A stretch of 64,000 nucleotides of DNA from an uncultured bacterium. GTDB taxonomy: Bacteria; Edwardsbacteria; AC1; EtOH8. Positions 30,497-40,812 of this stretch are shown here, in pieces; positions within the stretch are counted from its first letter, which is position 1; each line of letters begins with the position of its first letter. The notes beneath the pieces were generated by a model. It saw nothing but the letters and a program-made list of their open reading frames with translations. It was not told where the DNA came from and searched no databases. The translations under genes were made by a program, and so were the position numbers. The stretch covers positions 128,001 to 192,000 of the forward strand of contig CAWAAX010000009.1 of assembly GCA_963780225.1 (NCBI GenBank), written 5' to 3'.

Positions 30497-30570
30497 GCCA
30501 CGGAGACACCCTTCGATAAACACTTCGTCCGGGCTCAGTGCAACGCTCAGGGTAAACTTCGACACAGAGA
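30497..30570. repeat. Nested small hairpin elements (TTCG..GCTCA family inside a CCAC(A/G)GAGACAC element)
   Basis: Outer gccacggagacac...acacagaga (intact copy 40761-40786); middle cccttcg..gctcagggtaaac; inner cacttcgtccgggctcagtgcaac. Confidence 0.7.
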
Positions 30571-30603
30571 ATGGTAATTTAAAACTCTTCGAAAGATAAT
30601 ATC

Positions 30604-31839
30604 ATGGCCAAACCAACCATCATCCACGCCACCACCCTTTACGACGGCCTGCACAAGCGCAATAATGTCTACCTGGCGGTGGAAGGCGACAAGGTCACAG
30701 AACTCTCCACCAAAAAAGCCAAGGCCGACGCCGAGGGCATAGTCACCCCAGCCTTCATAGATGCCCACTCGCACATCGGCATGCACCGGGCCGGCGAGCC
30801 CGGCGACGAGGGCGAATCCAACGACATCCTGGACCAGTTTTTGGCCAACAACGATCCGCTGGACAGCGTCTACTTTGATGATCCGGCCTTTGCCGAGGCG
30901 GTGGACTTCGGGGTGCTTTACAGCTGCATCGTGCCGGGGTCGGGCAACCTGGTGGGCGGGCGGGCCATGATCATCAAAAACTTTGCCGCTAACCGGGGCC
31001 AGGCCCTGCTCAAGGAATATGGCTTTAAGATGGCCCTGGGCTATAACCCCCGCTCCACCGGCGAATGGAAGGGGCTGCGTCCCAACACCCGGATGGGCAT
31101 CTACAGCATGCTGGAAAAGAAGTTCGACCTGGTGCTGGCCAAGAAACAGAAGGCCGACCTGGCCCGCCAGCGCAAGCTGAGGGAGCTGGAACAGAAGGTG
31201 CGGGACAAGGACAGCAAGCTGAGCGCCCGGGAAATCGAGGATCAGAAGCAGATGACGGAGCAGGAATACGTGCTGGAGTTTGACACCGAGGAAAAGGCCC
31301 TGCTGGAGCTGCTGCTGGACAAGAAGACCGCCAAGGTCCACGTCCACAAGGAAGATGACGTGCTGTATCTGATAGAACTGGTGAAAAAATACAAGCTGAC
31401 GGTGACCGCCGACCACCTGGGCGACGTCCACCACAAGGAGATCTTCGACCAGCTGGCGGACAACAACATCCCCATCGTCTACGGGCCGCTGGGCAGCCTG
31501 CCCTACAAGGTGGAACTGCGCAACGAGCATTACCGGAACGCCGAAATGCTGATGAGGTCAAAGGCCTTTTACGGCCTGATGACCGACCACCCGGTGATAA
31601 TGACCCCGGCCCTGCGCGACAGCCTGAAGTACTTTTTGATCCAGGGGATGAAGGAAGAGGAGGCCATCGGGATGATCACCTTAAAGAACGCCAAGATACT
31701 GGGCATCGACGACAAGCTGGGTTCCCTTGAGCCCGGCAAGCTGGCCAGTCTGGTGGTCTGGGACAAGGATCCTTTGCACCTGGGGGCCTTCCCGCGGCTG
31801 GTGATGGCCGAGGGAAAAGTGATAAGGAAACAGAAATAA
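30604..31839 (+). CDS. Amidohydrolase family protein
   Basis: PAFIDAHSHIG, KMALGYNP, VHVH, TDHP, GSLEPGKLASLVVW. Confidence 0.9.
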   Translation: MAKPTIIHATTLYDGLHKRNNVYLAVEGDKVTELSTKKAKADAEGIVTPAFIDAHSHIGMHRAGEPGDEGESNDILDQFLANNDPLDSVYFDDPAFAEAVDFGVLYSCIVPGSGNLVGGRAMIIKNFAANRGQALLKEYGFKMALGYNPRSTGEWKGLRPNTRMGIYSMLEKKFDLVLAKKQKADLARQRKLRELEQKVRDKDSKLSAREIEDQKQMTEQEYVLEFDTEEKALLELLLDKKTAKVHVHKEDDVLYLIELVKKYKLTVTADHLGDVHHKEIFDQLADNNIPIVYGPLGSLPYKVELRNEHYRNAEMLMRSKAFYGLMTDHPVIMTPALRDSLKYFLIQGMKEEEAIGMITLKNAKILGIDDKLGSLEPGKLASLVVWDKDPLHLGAFPRLVMAEGKVIRKQK

Positions 31840-31859
31840 TACCTTCCTAACAATCTTAA

Positions 31860-31928
31860 CCGCGAAGACGCTAAGTACGCGAAGCCAATTTTAAATAAAC
31901 CCTTGGCGTCCTTTGCGCTTTGGCGTTT
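31860..31928. repeat. 9-bp-period direct then inverted repeat element
   Basis: ccgcgaag acgctaag tacgcgaag ... cttggcgt cctttgcg ctttggcgtt. Confidence 0.65.
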
Positions 31929-31947
31929 ATAAAAAACCTAAAAAAGT

Positions 31948-31998
31948 ATGTCTGAAACCAAGAGCCTCATAATCTACGAAATTTTGGAAACCAACTAA
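31948..31998 (+). pseudogene. Probable relic of the flavodoxin gene 5' end (MSETKSLIIYE...)
   Basis: TKSLIIYE resembles TKVLVIYD at the N-terminus of 33117-33641. Confidence 0.45.
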
Positions 31999-32007
31999 GG
32001 AAAAGAA

Positions 32008-33120
32008 ATGAGAAAAAGATTACCGATACTGCTGATGTTTGCGCTGGTCTTACTGCCATGTTTTGTAACTGTGGCTATGACACAAGAAGCGCCTTCAAAA
32101 CCCATGGATCCGGGTTGGTTTATGGAAGATAATGCCAAAGCCACCAAATTGTTCTGGGGAAAAGCAGACAGCAATTATTACGCCGGAAATTATGAAGAAG
32201 CGATCGTCGGTTGGTTGGAGGTGCTACGCCGTGACGGAAAGGACCAGGGCTCTGCCATTGCCATTGCCTCCTGTTATGGTTTGTTGGGCAAAGACACCTT
32301 ATCAGCGCTTTTTTTAACCAGGGCCTGGGACCTTGGTTATAACACGGCTTCCTTGATCATAAATGACCATGACTTCGACAAAGTCCGGCAAAAACCGATC
32401 TTCAAGAACACTTTTGACAGTCTGGTTCAATCGGCAACCAGGTTGGATTCGCTTGAGGGGGAACGTGTTTACATCCCAGCCCCGGCGCTAAGCTATTACC
32501 GGGTGAAATTGCCAAAGGGGCACAGCAGCAAGAAACGCTACCCGCTGGTAGTGACCCTGCACGGTTTAGGCGGCAATCTTGACCGCCACTTTGGCAGCGT
32601 CCTCAAAAAGATGCCCGAGCCGGATTTCATCTTTGCCTCGTTGCAGGCCCCATACTGGGTCCCCGCCGCCCGCGAATCATTCCGTTGGAAGGTCGGTGAG
32701 TACGGGCCGGAGCGGCAGGAGCAATCGGTTAAAATGTCGGAAGAATATGTGGCAAACGTGATCCAGACGCTCAAGGCCAAATATAACCCATCAAAAATAT
32801 TTTTGATGGGCCATTCCCAAGGCGGATGGATGACATATAATACCGGACTGCGTTACCCGAAACTGTTCGACGGCCTGATCGCATTCGGCGGATGGGTGGA
32901 CACGGTCCGGATAGACGCCAAGCAGATAAAGAATGCGAATAAGCTCAAAGTTCTGATCGTACATGGCCGCAACGACAAATCGGTTCCCTTTGCCTGGGCG
33001 GAAAAATCGCGGGACCGGTTGAAAGCCGGCGGGCTTGATGTGACGTTTTTCGACTTCGACGGCGGTCACGAGATGCCTGAGGCCGGGGTGAAAAAGGTTT
33101 ACGAGTGGATCAGAGAATGA
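32008..33120 (+). CDS. Exported TPR plus alpha/beta-hydrolase (esterase/phospholipase-like)
   Basis: Signal peptide; LHGLGG, GHSQGG nucleophile, HGRNDKSVP, GGHEM. Confidence 0.85.
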   Translation: MRKRLPILLMFALVLLPCFVTVAMTQEAPSKPMDPGWFMEDNAKATKLFWGKADSNYYAGNYEEAIVGWLEVLRRDGKDQGSAIAIASCYGLLGKDTLSALFLTRAWDLGYNTASLIINDHDFDKVRQKPIFKNTFDSLVQSATRLDSLEGERVYIPAPALSYYRVKLPKGHSSKKRYPLVVTLHGLGGNLDRHFGSVLKKMPEPDFIFASLQAPYWVPAARESFRWKVGEYGPERQEQSVKMSEEYVANVIQTLKAKYNPSKIFLMGHSQGGWMTYNTGLRYPKLFDGLIAFGGWVDTVRIDAKQIKNANKLKVLIVHGRNDKSVPFAWAEKSRDRLKAGGLDVTFFDFDGGHEMPEAGVKKVYEWIRE

Positions 33121-33641
33121 AAAGTAACGGGCCGGCCACAAAGGTTCTAGTCATTTACGACTCCTACACCGGCAACACCGGAAAGCTGGCCCAGGCCGTG
33201 GCCGATGGCGCCAGGCAGGTGAAAGGAACAGCGGTCACGGTCAAGAAAGCGGACCAGGTCAAGTTAGCTGACCTGCTGGCCGCTGATGGTATCATCATCG
33301 GCTCGCCCGCCTACTACGGGCTGATGACGGCCAAGCTGAAAAGACTACTGGACAGCACCTTCAAGATCCACGGCAAGCTGGATGGCAAGGCGGGCGCGGC
33401 CTTCACCACCGCCGGCAGCACCGCCACCGGAGCCGAGACCACGCTGCTCTCCATCCTCACGGCAATGCTGATCCACGGGATGGTGGTGCAGGGCCGGTCC
33501 AGCGAGAAGCACTTCGGGGCTGCCTGCGTGGGCGCGCCGGATGCCAAGGCGCTGAAGTTCGGAATGGAACTGGGGAAGAGGACGGCGGAATTGGCGGGGA
33601 AACTGAAAACAAAAAATAAAAGAGAAAATCTAAAAAAGTAA
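33117..33641 (+). CDS. Flavodoxin / WrbA-like NAD(P)H-dependent oxidoreductase
   Basis: IYDSYTGNTGKLA, GSPAYYG, GKAGAAFTTAG. Confidence 0.9.
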   Translation: MKSNGPATKVLVIYDSYTGNTGKLAQAVADGARQVKGTAVTVKKADQVKLADLLAADGIIIGSPAYYGLMTAKLKRLLDSTFKIHGKLDGKAGAAFTTAGSTATGAETTLLSILTAMLIHGMVVQGRSSEKHFGAACVGAPDAKALKFGMELGKRTAELAGKLKTKNKRENLKK

Positions 33642-33679
33642 TGAGCAACAAACGAGGCATCATAAGCATTTCCAAATAA
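33641..33679 (+). pseudogene. Relic duplicate of the purH 5' end (MSNKRGIISISK*)
   Basis: 25 of the first 27 nt are identical to the purH start at 34363. Confidence 0.75.
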
Positions 33680-33687
33680 AGGCATAG

Positions 33688-34185
33688 ATGCTGTATCAAA
33701 AGATCATAGAAAGAATGAACGACGAGGGCGTTGAATATCTGGTTGCCGGGGGCATTGCGGTAAACCTTTACGGCTTCATCCGGGCAACCATGGATCTTGA
33801 TGTGCTGATGCTGTTGGATGACGTGAACACGGGTAAATTCATAAAGATCGTGAAAGAACTGGGTTACCATCCGGGAGTCCCGGTAGCAATAGATGACCTT
33901 TCCGACCCGGTAAAAAGATTGGAATGGATCAGCAAAAAGAACATGAAGGTTTTCTCGGTCTACAATCCCGAAAACAGCATGGAGCACGTGGATATATTGC
34001 TGGAGGACAACATTGGTTTCCGCCAAGCATACTCCAGGCGCGAGATCATCAAGACCGGCAATTTGACGATAAGCCTGGTCAACATAGATGATCTGATCCG
34101 GCTGAAGGAGATCGCCGGAAGGGAAAGGGACAAAAATGACATCAGAGCATTGCGGAAAATAAAGGAGATGAGAGATGAAAATTGA
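33688..34185 (+). CDS. Small Pol-beta-superfamily nucleotidyltransferase, putative toxin-antitoxin component
   Basis: YLVAGGIAVNLYG..RATMDLD (GG...DxD), VDI, LIRLKEIAGRERDKND. Confidence 0.8.
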   Translation: MLYQKIIERMNDEGVEYLVAGGIAVNLYGFIRATMDLDVLMLLDDVNTGKFIKIVKELGYHPGVPVAIDDLSDPVKRLEWISKKNMKVFSVYNPENSMEHVDILLEDNIGFRQAYSRREIIKTGNLTISLVNIDDLIRLKEIAGRERDKNDIRALRKIKEMRDEN

Positions 34186-34354
34186 GACCAACGAAGAAAA
34201 CGAGTATTACAATCTCGACGATCTGAAACGTGCCCAAAAGCTGACCTACGGCCAAAGGATGGAAATGCTGGAAAAGATCAACGAGTTTCTGATGAAGGCC
34301 ATGCCTGAAAGAAGCAAACAAATAAGCCTTAAACTTAAAAAATATAATTTTTAA
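34175..34354 (+). CDS. 59-aa protein overlapping the nucleotidyltransferase (below ORF-track cutoff), putative partner
   Basis: MKIETNEENEYYNLDDLKRAQKLTYGQRMEMLEKINEFLMKAMPERSKQISLKLKKYNF*; AGGAG SD upstream. Confidence 0.65.
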   Translation: MKIETNEENEYYNLDDLKRAQKLTYGQRMEMLEKINEFLMKAMPERSKQISLKLKKYNF

Positions 34355-34362
34355 TCTAAACC

Positions 34363-35937
<1,575 letters not shown>

Positions 35938-35945
35938 GTTCTTCT

Positions 35946-36023
35946 ATAAGGAAACCATGAAACCATGAATATTTCCGACTCGCAATAAATTTACAATGTT
36001 TCCTGGATTTCCTGGGTTCATTA
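35946..36023. repeat. AGGAAACCATGAA-family direct/inverted repeat element
   Basis: ataaggaaaccatgaaaccatgaa ... ttcctggatttcctgggttcatt; related interrupted copy at 54502-54585. Confidence 0.65.
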
Positions 36024-36050
36024 TTAAAAAAGAGGGATAGAGATAAAATC

Positions 36051-38207
36051 ATGGCCAACATATCGCCGATGCTGATGACCCGGCTGGTGGGCCAGTTGAC
36101 CGGAGCTTTGCGCAATCTAAAGATGTATCCGGCCAGCCATCCCACTTCCCAAAAATTGTTTGAAGGAAGCCTGGCGCTGATCAAGGACGCGATGGGGCCC
36201 GAAAACTTTTTAAGCTTCAGTCTGGCGGGCAATATCCTCTTGATGAATGACAAGCCGGTGCCGGATTCCCGCAAGGAAGTGTTTGCCAATTTCATTTCCG
36301 AACTGGGCAAACGCAGCGTGGGCCAGTTGACCTTTAAGCAGGGCATCGACCGGGATCAGATCCAGGGGTTCTTTGAAGCCATGGCCATGGATCCGGAGCA
36401 GGTCAAGTCCAAGGGAGGCCTGGCCTCGGTGCTGGCCCTTAAAGGTATATCCAATATCATCGTCACGGGAATTTCCTACGGCAGCGGAGGTGGAACCGGG
36501 ACTGGGGCCGGGGGTAACGGCGGGGGTGGCGCTCCGGTCGAGGGGATGCTGCCGGACCAGGTGGTGGCCATGATCAGGAGCGATCCCTCCATGGTAACCG
36601 AGATGCTGATCAAAGGGGCGCTGGCCATGGCCGATACCGATCAAGGCCAGGAAAAACTGCTAAAAGACCTGGACCGGCTGGGCAACATGGTCAAGGCTCA
36701 GAGCGCCGGCGGAGGTGAATACGCCACCATGATGGCCGGCGTCATCAACGGTTTGGACCAGCGGAGCAGTCAGATGGTGGCCCAGGTCAAACTGGACAAT
36801 CCCGAATGGTCCGACGTGGTGAGGGAATTGCTGACCCGGTATTCCGACCAGGACTTGGTCCGGATGATAGTCAACAAGACAGAAGTGCTGGCGCTGGAGA
36901 ACAAGAACGATACAGTGATACTCTCCGAGAAGCTGCGGGGGATGTTGGCCTCCATTCCGGTGGAGTCCGCCCGCAAACAAGGACTACTGCCACTGGTCCA
37001 GCCCAAGCTTCAGTATTACGGACTGAGCGCCGAAGACTGCAATTTTATTTTCGGCCACGATGAGGCCACCGAGCCGGTAATGCAAAGGTATTTGCAGGAC
37101 CTGACCGCCCAGCCTCCAGCCGTAATGGTGTCCGATCCGGCTTTTAAAACCCTGCGTTGGATAATACACCGGGGCGATAATTGCAAACCGGCGGTCGAGG
37201 GCTTTTTGAAGCTGCTGGGGGATGCCGACCGCGGGGTCCGGGAAGGGGTTTTGTCCAGACTGATAACGCTGGAAGGGGACCTGTTGGCCATCGAGCGTTT
37301 TGATCTGGTGGAACTGCTGATAGAAGGGATCACATTAAGGTTGCGCCAGGAGAGCGAAGACGGGGTCTATCAACAGATCATCGAAGTCATCCAGCAGATA
37401 TCCGAAGAGCTTAAACGCAAGCAGCGCCAGTCCCTGGTCAACCGGATCAGCAAGGACGTCTCGGACATCATGCTTTTGATGGCTGACAAGCCGGTGGCCA
37501 AGGACATGGTAAGGATCCTGGCCACTATCGGCGATGAGGCTGCCATCAGGTCTCTGATTTTGGCCCTGCTCAAAGATCCCATTCTGGAGGAAGCGGCCAG
37601 CGCTCTGACCAGCATTAAGGATAAGGCCCTGCTCTATCTTTTGGATACTGTCAAGGAGAGCGAGGACAGCAACATGCGGTTCAAGTGCATGTATGTGCTC
37701 AATAAAATCGGGGCCGGAGTCGAGGAGATGGCCATCAAGGCTTTGGCCGATGACCGCTGGTTTGTGCGGCGGAACATGTGCGTGCTGCTTTCGCTGATGG
37801 GCGGGGAGAAATCTCTGAGCCCGCTGGGGGCGGTGCTGGAGGACAAGGATGCCCGGATCAGACTGGAAGCCCTTAAGGCCCTTTTCAAGCTGGGCGGTCA
37901 GAAGTCCGAAGCTTGGCTGATCAGGGCCATGGGAGACAAGGATATTGAGGTTAAAAAACAGGCCATCGAATTCGCCAGCAAGGCCGGCACCGATGCCTCG
38001 GTGGATGCGCTTACCGAACTGTATTATAAAAGAGAACTGCTGGGCCGGGGCGAACCGGCCGATGTAAAAAAGCAGGTCATAATATCCCTGGGAGAACTGG
38101 GAACCAAGACCGCGGTCTCGGTATTGATGAAAATAACCAAGGACAAAGATAACGAGCTGGCCCAGGCGGCCCAGGCGGTCCTGTCCGGAGCCCAGAAAAA
38201 ATCATAA
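36051..38207 (+). CDS. HEAT-repeat protein with N-terminal MYP..HP domain and Gly-rich linker
   Basis: C-terminal repeats ALADDRWFVRRN, LEDKDARIRLEALKAL, MGDKDIEVKKQA. Confidence 0.8.
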   Translation: MANISPMLMTRLVGQLTGALRNLKMYPASHPTSQKLFEGSLALIKDAMGPENFLSFSLAGNILLMNDKPVPDSRKEVFANFISELGKRSVGQLTFKQGIDRDQIQGFFEAMAMDPEQVKSKGGLASVLALKGISNIIVTGISYGSGGGTGTGAGGNGGGGAPVEGMLPDQVVAMIRSDPSMVTEMLIKGALAMADTDQGQEKLLKDLDRLGNMVKAQSAGGGEYATMMAGVINGLDQRSSQMVAQVKLDNPEWSDVVRELLTRYSDQDLVRMIVNKTEVLALENKNDTVILSEKLRGMLASIPVESARKQGLLPLVQPKLQYYGLSAEDCNFIFGHDEATEPVMQRYLQDLTAQPPAVMVSDPAFKTLRWIIHRGDNCKPAVEGFLKLLGDADRGVREGVLSRLITLEGDLLAIERFDLVELLIEGITLRLRQESEDGVYQQIIEVIQQISEELKRKQRQSLVNRISKDVSDIMLLMADKPVAKDMVRILATIGDEAAIRSLILALLKDPILEEAASALTSIKDKALLYLLDTVKESEDSNMRFKCMYVLNKIGAGVEEMAIKALADDRWFVRRNMCVLLSLMGGEKSLSPLGAVLEDKDARIRLEALKALFKLGGQKSEAWLIRAMGDKDIEVKKQAIEFASKAGTDASVDALTELYYKRELLGRGEPADVKKQVIISLGELGTKTAVSVLMKITKDKDNELAQAAQAVLSGAQKKS

Positions 38208-38237
38208 GAATCAGAACAGAAAAACAGGTTTGAGAAT

Positions 38238-39788
38238 TTGGACAGAATAAACATCATAGATTTCGGATCGCAGTACACCCAGCTGATCGCCCGCAAGGTT
38301 AGGGAGCAGAAGGTCTATTGCCAGATCGTTCCCTGCACTGCCGGAAAAAAGAAGATACTGGAAGGCGATCCCAAGGGGCTGATACTTTCCGGAGGGCCGT
38401 CCAGCGTCTACGATCAGAACGCCCCCCGGATCGCCCCGGAGATATTCGCCTCCGGCATTCCCATCCTGGGGATCTGCTACGGCATGCAGCTGACATCCTT
38501 GCTGCTGGGCGGTAAGATTCACCGGAGCCGGGAGCGAGAGTATGGGCAGGCCAAACTTCGTTTGAATTCAAAATTCAAAATTCAAAATTCAAAATTATTC
38601 CAGGGCATCCCCGAAGAGAGCCAGGTCTGGATGAGCCACGGGGACAGCGTTCAGGAGCCGCCCAAAGGGTTTGTGGCGCTGGCTTCCACCGCCAACTGCC
38701 GGATCGCGGCCATGGCAGACGTCAAACGGAACATTTACGGCCTGCAATTCCATCCCGAGGTCAACCATACCTCCCAGGGCCAAAAGATCATCGCCAACTT
38801 CCTGTTCAACATCTGCCGCTGTAAGGGCGACTGGACCATGGACTCCATCATAGAACATTCGGTGAAGGACATCCGGCAGAAGGCGGGGAGTTCCAAAATT
38901 GTGCTGGGCCTTTCCGGCGGGGTGGATTCCTCGGTGGCGGCGGTGCTGATCTCCAGGGCGGTGGGAAAGCAGCTGCACTGCATCTTTGTGGACAACGGCC
39001 TGTTAAGGCTGAACGAGCGGGCCGAGGTGGAGCGGGTCTTTAAAAAACAGTTCAAAATTCCTCTGGTGACGGTGGACGCTGCGGCCCGGTTCTACAAAAA
39101 GCTCAAAGGGGTGGACGATCCCGAACAGAAGCGGAAGATCATCGGAAAAGAGTTCATCGAGGTCTTCGCCGGGGCCGCCAAAAAGATAGGCGGGGTGGGC
39201 TTTTTGGCCCAGGGCACAATCTATCCCGACGTCATCGAATCCGTCTCTTTCAAGGGGCCGTCGGCCACCATCAAGAGCCACCATAACGTGGGCGGGCTTC
39301 CCCAGAACATGCGGAAGCTTCAACTGGTGGAGCCTTTAAGAGAATTGTTCAAGGACGAGGTCCGCCAGCTGGGGCTTTCCCTGGGCCTGCCCAAAGAAAT
39401 GGTGATGCGACATCCCTTCCCCGGGCCGGGTCTGGCGGTGAGGGTTCTGGGCGAAGTGACCAGGGAGCGCTGCGACATCCTAAGGGCCGCCGACAAAATA
39501 TTCATCGACGAGCTCCGGGCCGACGGCTGGTACCCCAGGACCTCGCAGGCTTTTGCGGTGCTGCTTACGGTAAAGGCGGTGGGGGTGATGGGCGACGAGC
39601 GGACCTACCAGAATGTGCTGGCCCTAAGGGCCGTCAACACCACCGACTTCATGACCGCCGAGTGGACCAGATTACCGGAAGACCTTCTGGCCAGGATCTC
39701 CAGCCGGATAGTCAACGAGGTCAAGGGAATAAACAGGGTGGTGTACGACATCTCCAACAAGCCCCCGGCCACCATCGAATGGGAATAG
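38238..39788 (+). CDS. guaA: GMP synthase (glutamine-hydrolysing)
   Basis: DFGSQYTQLI, GICYG, QFHPEV, LSGGVDS, IKSHHNVGG, KPPATIEWE; TTG start. Confidence 0.97.
   Translation: MDRINIIDFGSQYTQLIARKVREQKVYCQIVPCTAGKKKILEGDPKGLILSGGPSSVYDQNAPRIAPEIFASGIPILGICYGMQLTSLLLGGKIHRSREREYGQAKLRLNSKFKIQNSKLFQGIPEESQVWMSHGDSVQEPPKGFVALASTANCRIAAMADVKRNIYGLQFHPEVNHTSQGQKIIANFLFNICRCKGDWTMDSIIEHSVKDIRQKAGSSKIVLGLSGGVDSSVAAVLISRAVGKQLHCIFVDNGLLRLNERAEVERVFKKQFKIPLVTVDAAARFYKKLKGVDDPEQKRKIIGKEFIEVFAGAAKKIGGVGFLAQGTIYPDVIESVSFKGPSATIKSHHNVGGLPQNMRKLQLVEPLRELFKDEVRQLGLSLGLPKEMVMRHPFPGPGLAVRVLGEVTRERCDILRAADKIFIDELRADGWYPRTSQAFAVLLTVKAVGVMGDERTYQNVLALRAVNTTDFMTAEWTRLPEDLLARISSRIVNEVKGINRVVYDISNKPPATIEWE
38565..38596. 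repeat. Perfect heptamer tandem (AATTCAA)x4 + AATT inside guaA
   Basis: Read directly; encodes NSKFKIQNSKL. Confidence 0.9.
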
Positions 39789-39821
39789 TATTTTTTATGT
39801 TGATCCATTTATCACGGGGCA

Positions 39822-39957
39822 GACAGGAGCGCCTCCGCTGAAGCTTGCGCCACCGCTGTAGCTAAGGCGCACGAGGCAGTAAATATAATAGCGTAAGCGG
39901 TTGGCGCTTGAAGAAGGCCGGCATTGAAGCGTAAGCGGATTAACATGATTTCACGGG
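39822..39957. repeat. GACAGGATTAACATGATT element interrupted by a 108-bp hairpin insertion
   Basis: gacagGGA-like junction: GGA at 39826-39828 and again at 39937-39939 flanks the insert 39829-39936. Confidence 0.7.
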
Positions 39958-40044
39958 ATTAATTTTCAATAAAATCCACATTCCGTCAGATACTCCGGGA
40001 TCGATACAAATAGTTTTCAACAGTCCATATTTTAGGAGCATCAT

Positions 40045-40734
40045 ATGGTCGAAGATTTTGTAGATCAGGGGCAAAAGCTGGAAAAGCACGGCCACCTGGA
40101 CCAGGCCCTCAATAATTATAACCAGGCGTTGGAGGCCGATCCCAACAATGCTGATGCCTGGTTCCACCGGGGCCGGATATTGAGCCGGACCGACCAGTTC
40201 GAGGAAGCCATCCAGGCTTACGACAACGCCATCCTGATCAAGCCCGATTACGCCAAGGCCTGGTGCAATAAAGGCATTGTACTGGGAGTGCTGGACCGTG
40301 ACGACGAGGCCCTCCAGGCTTTGGATCAGGCCATCAAATTGGCCCCCGATTTCATGGAAGCCTGGTACAACAAGGGCCTGGCGTTGCGCGATCTGGGCCG
40401 TTATGACGAGGCGCAGGCTGTTTTCGATCAAGCGCTGAAGGTAAAACCGGACAGCAACGATGTCTGGTTCAGCAAGGGTCTGACCTATAAGATCATGGGA
40501 CGGTATGATGAATCGCTGGCGGCCATGGCCAAGGCCTTGGAACTTTATTCGGACGACGGGGAAGTCTGTTTAGAAAAGGCCAAGGTTCATCTGCTGAAGA
40601 ACCAGGCCAAGGAGGCGCTCAGCTCCATCGCCAAGGCGATAGAGGCCGATGATGATTTGAAGGAAACTGCCAAGAGCGACGAGGAACTGCAGGCTTTGTG
40701 GGAGAGCGCGGAGTTCAAGAAGCTAGTCAGCTGA
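40045..40734 (+). CDS. TPR-repeat protein
   Basis: Canonical TPR repeats (AWFHRG, AWCNKG, AWYNKG, VWFSKG); AGGAG SD. Confidence 0.92.
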   Translation: MVEDFVDQGQKLEKHGHLDQALNNYNQALEADPNNADAWFHRGRILSRTDQFEEAIQAYDNAILIKPDYAKAWCNKGIVLGVLDRDDEALQALDQAIKLAPDFMEAWYNKGLALRDLGRYDEAQAVFDQALKVKPDSNDVWFSKGLTYKIMGRYDESLAAMAKALELYSDDGEVCLEKAKVHLLKNQAKEALSSIAKAIEADDDLKETAKSDEELQALWESAEFKKLVS

Positions 40735-40812
40735 GAGGCAAGGCAGAACGGATACTATTTGCCACAGAGACACTGAGGCACAGAGGAATATTAAAAATCG
40801 AGGTGATATAAA

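Noticed and set aside
34190..34362. ZTP or purine riboswitch upstream of purH (also checked before guaA and glyA)
   Set aside because: The region is occupied by a coding sequence and no aptamer consensus is visible; the other two spacers are under 35 nt
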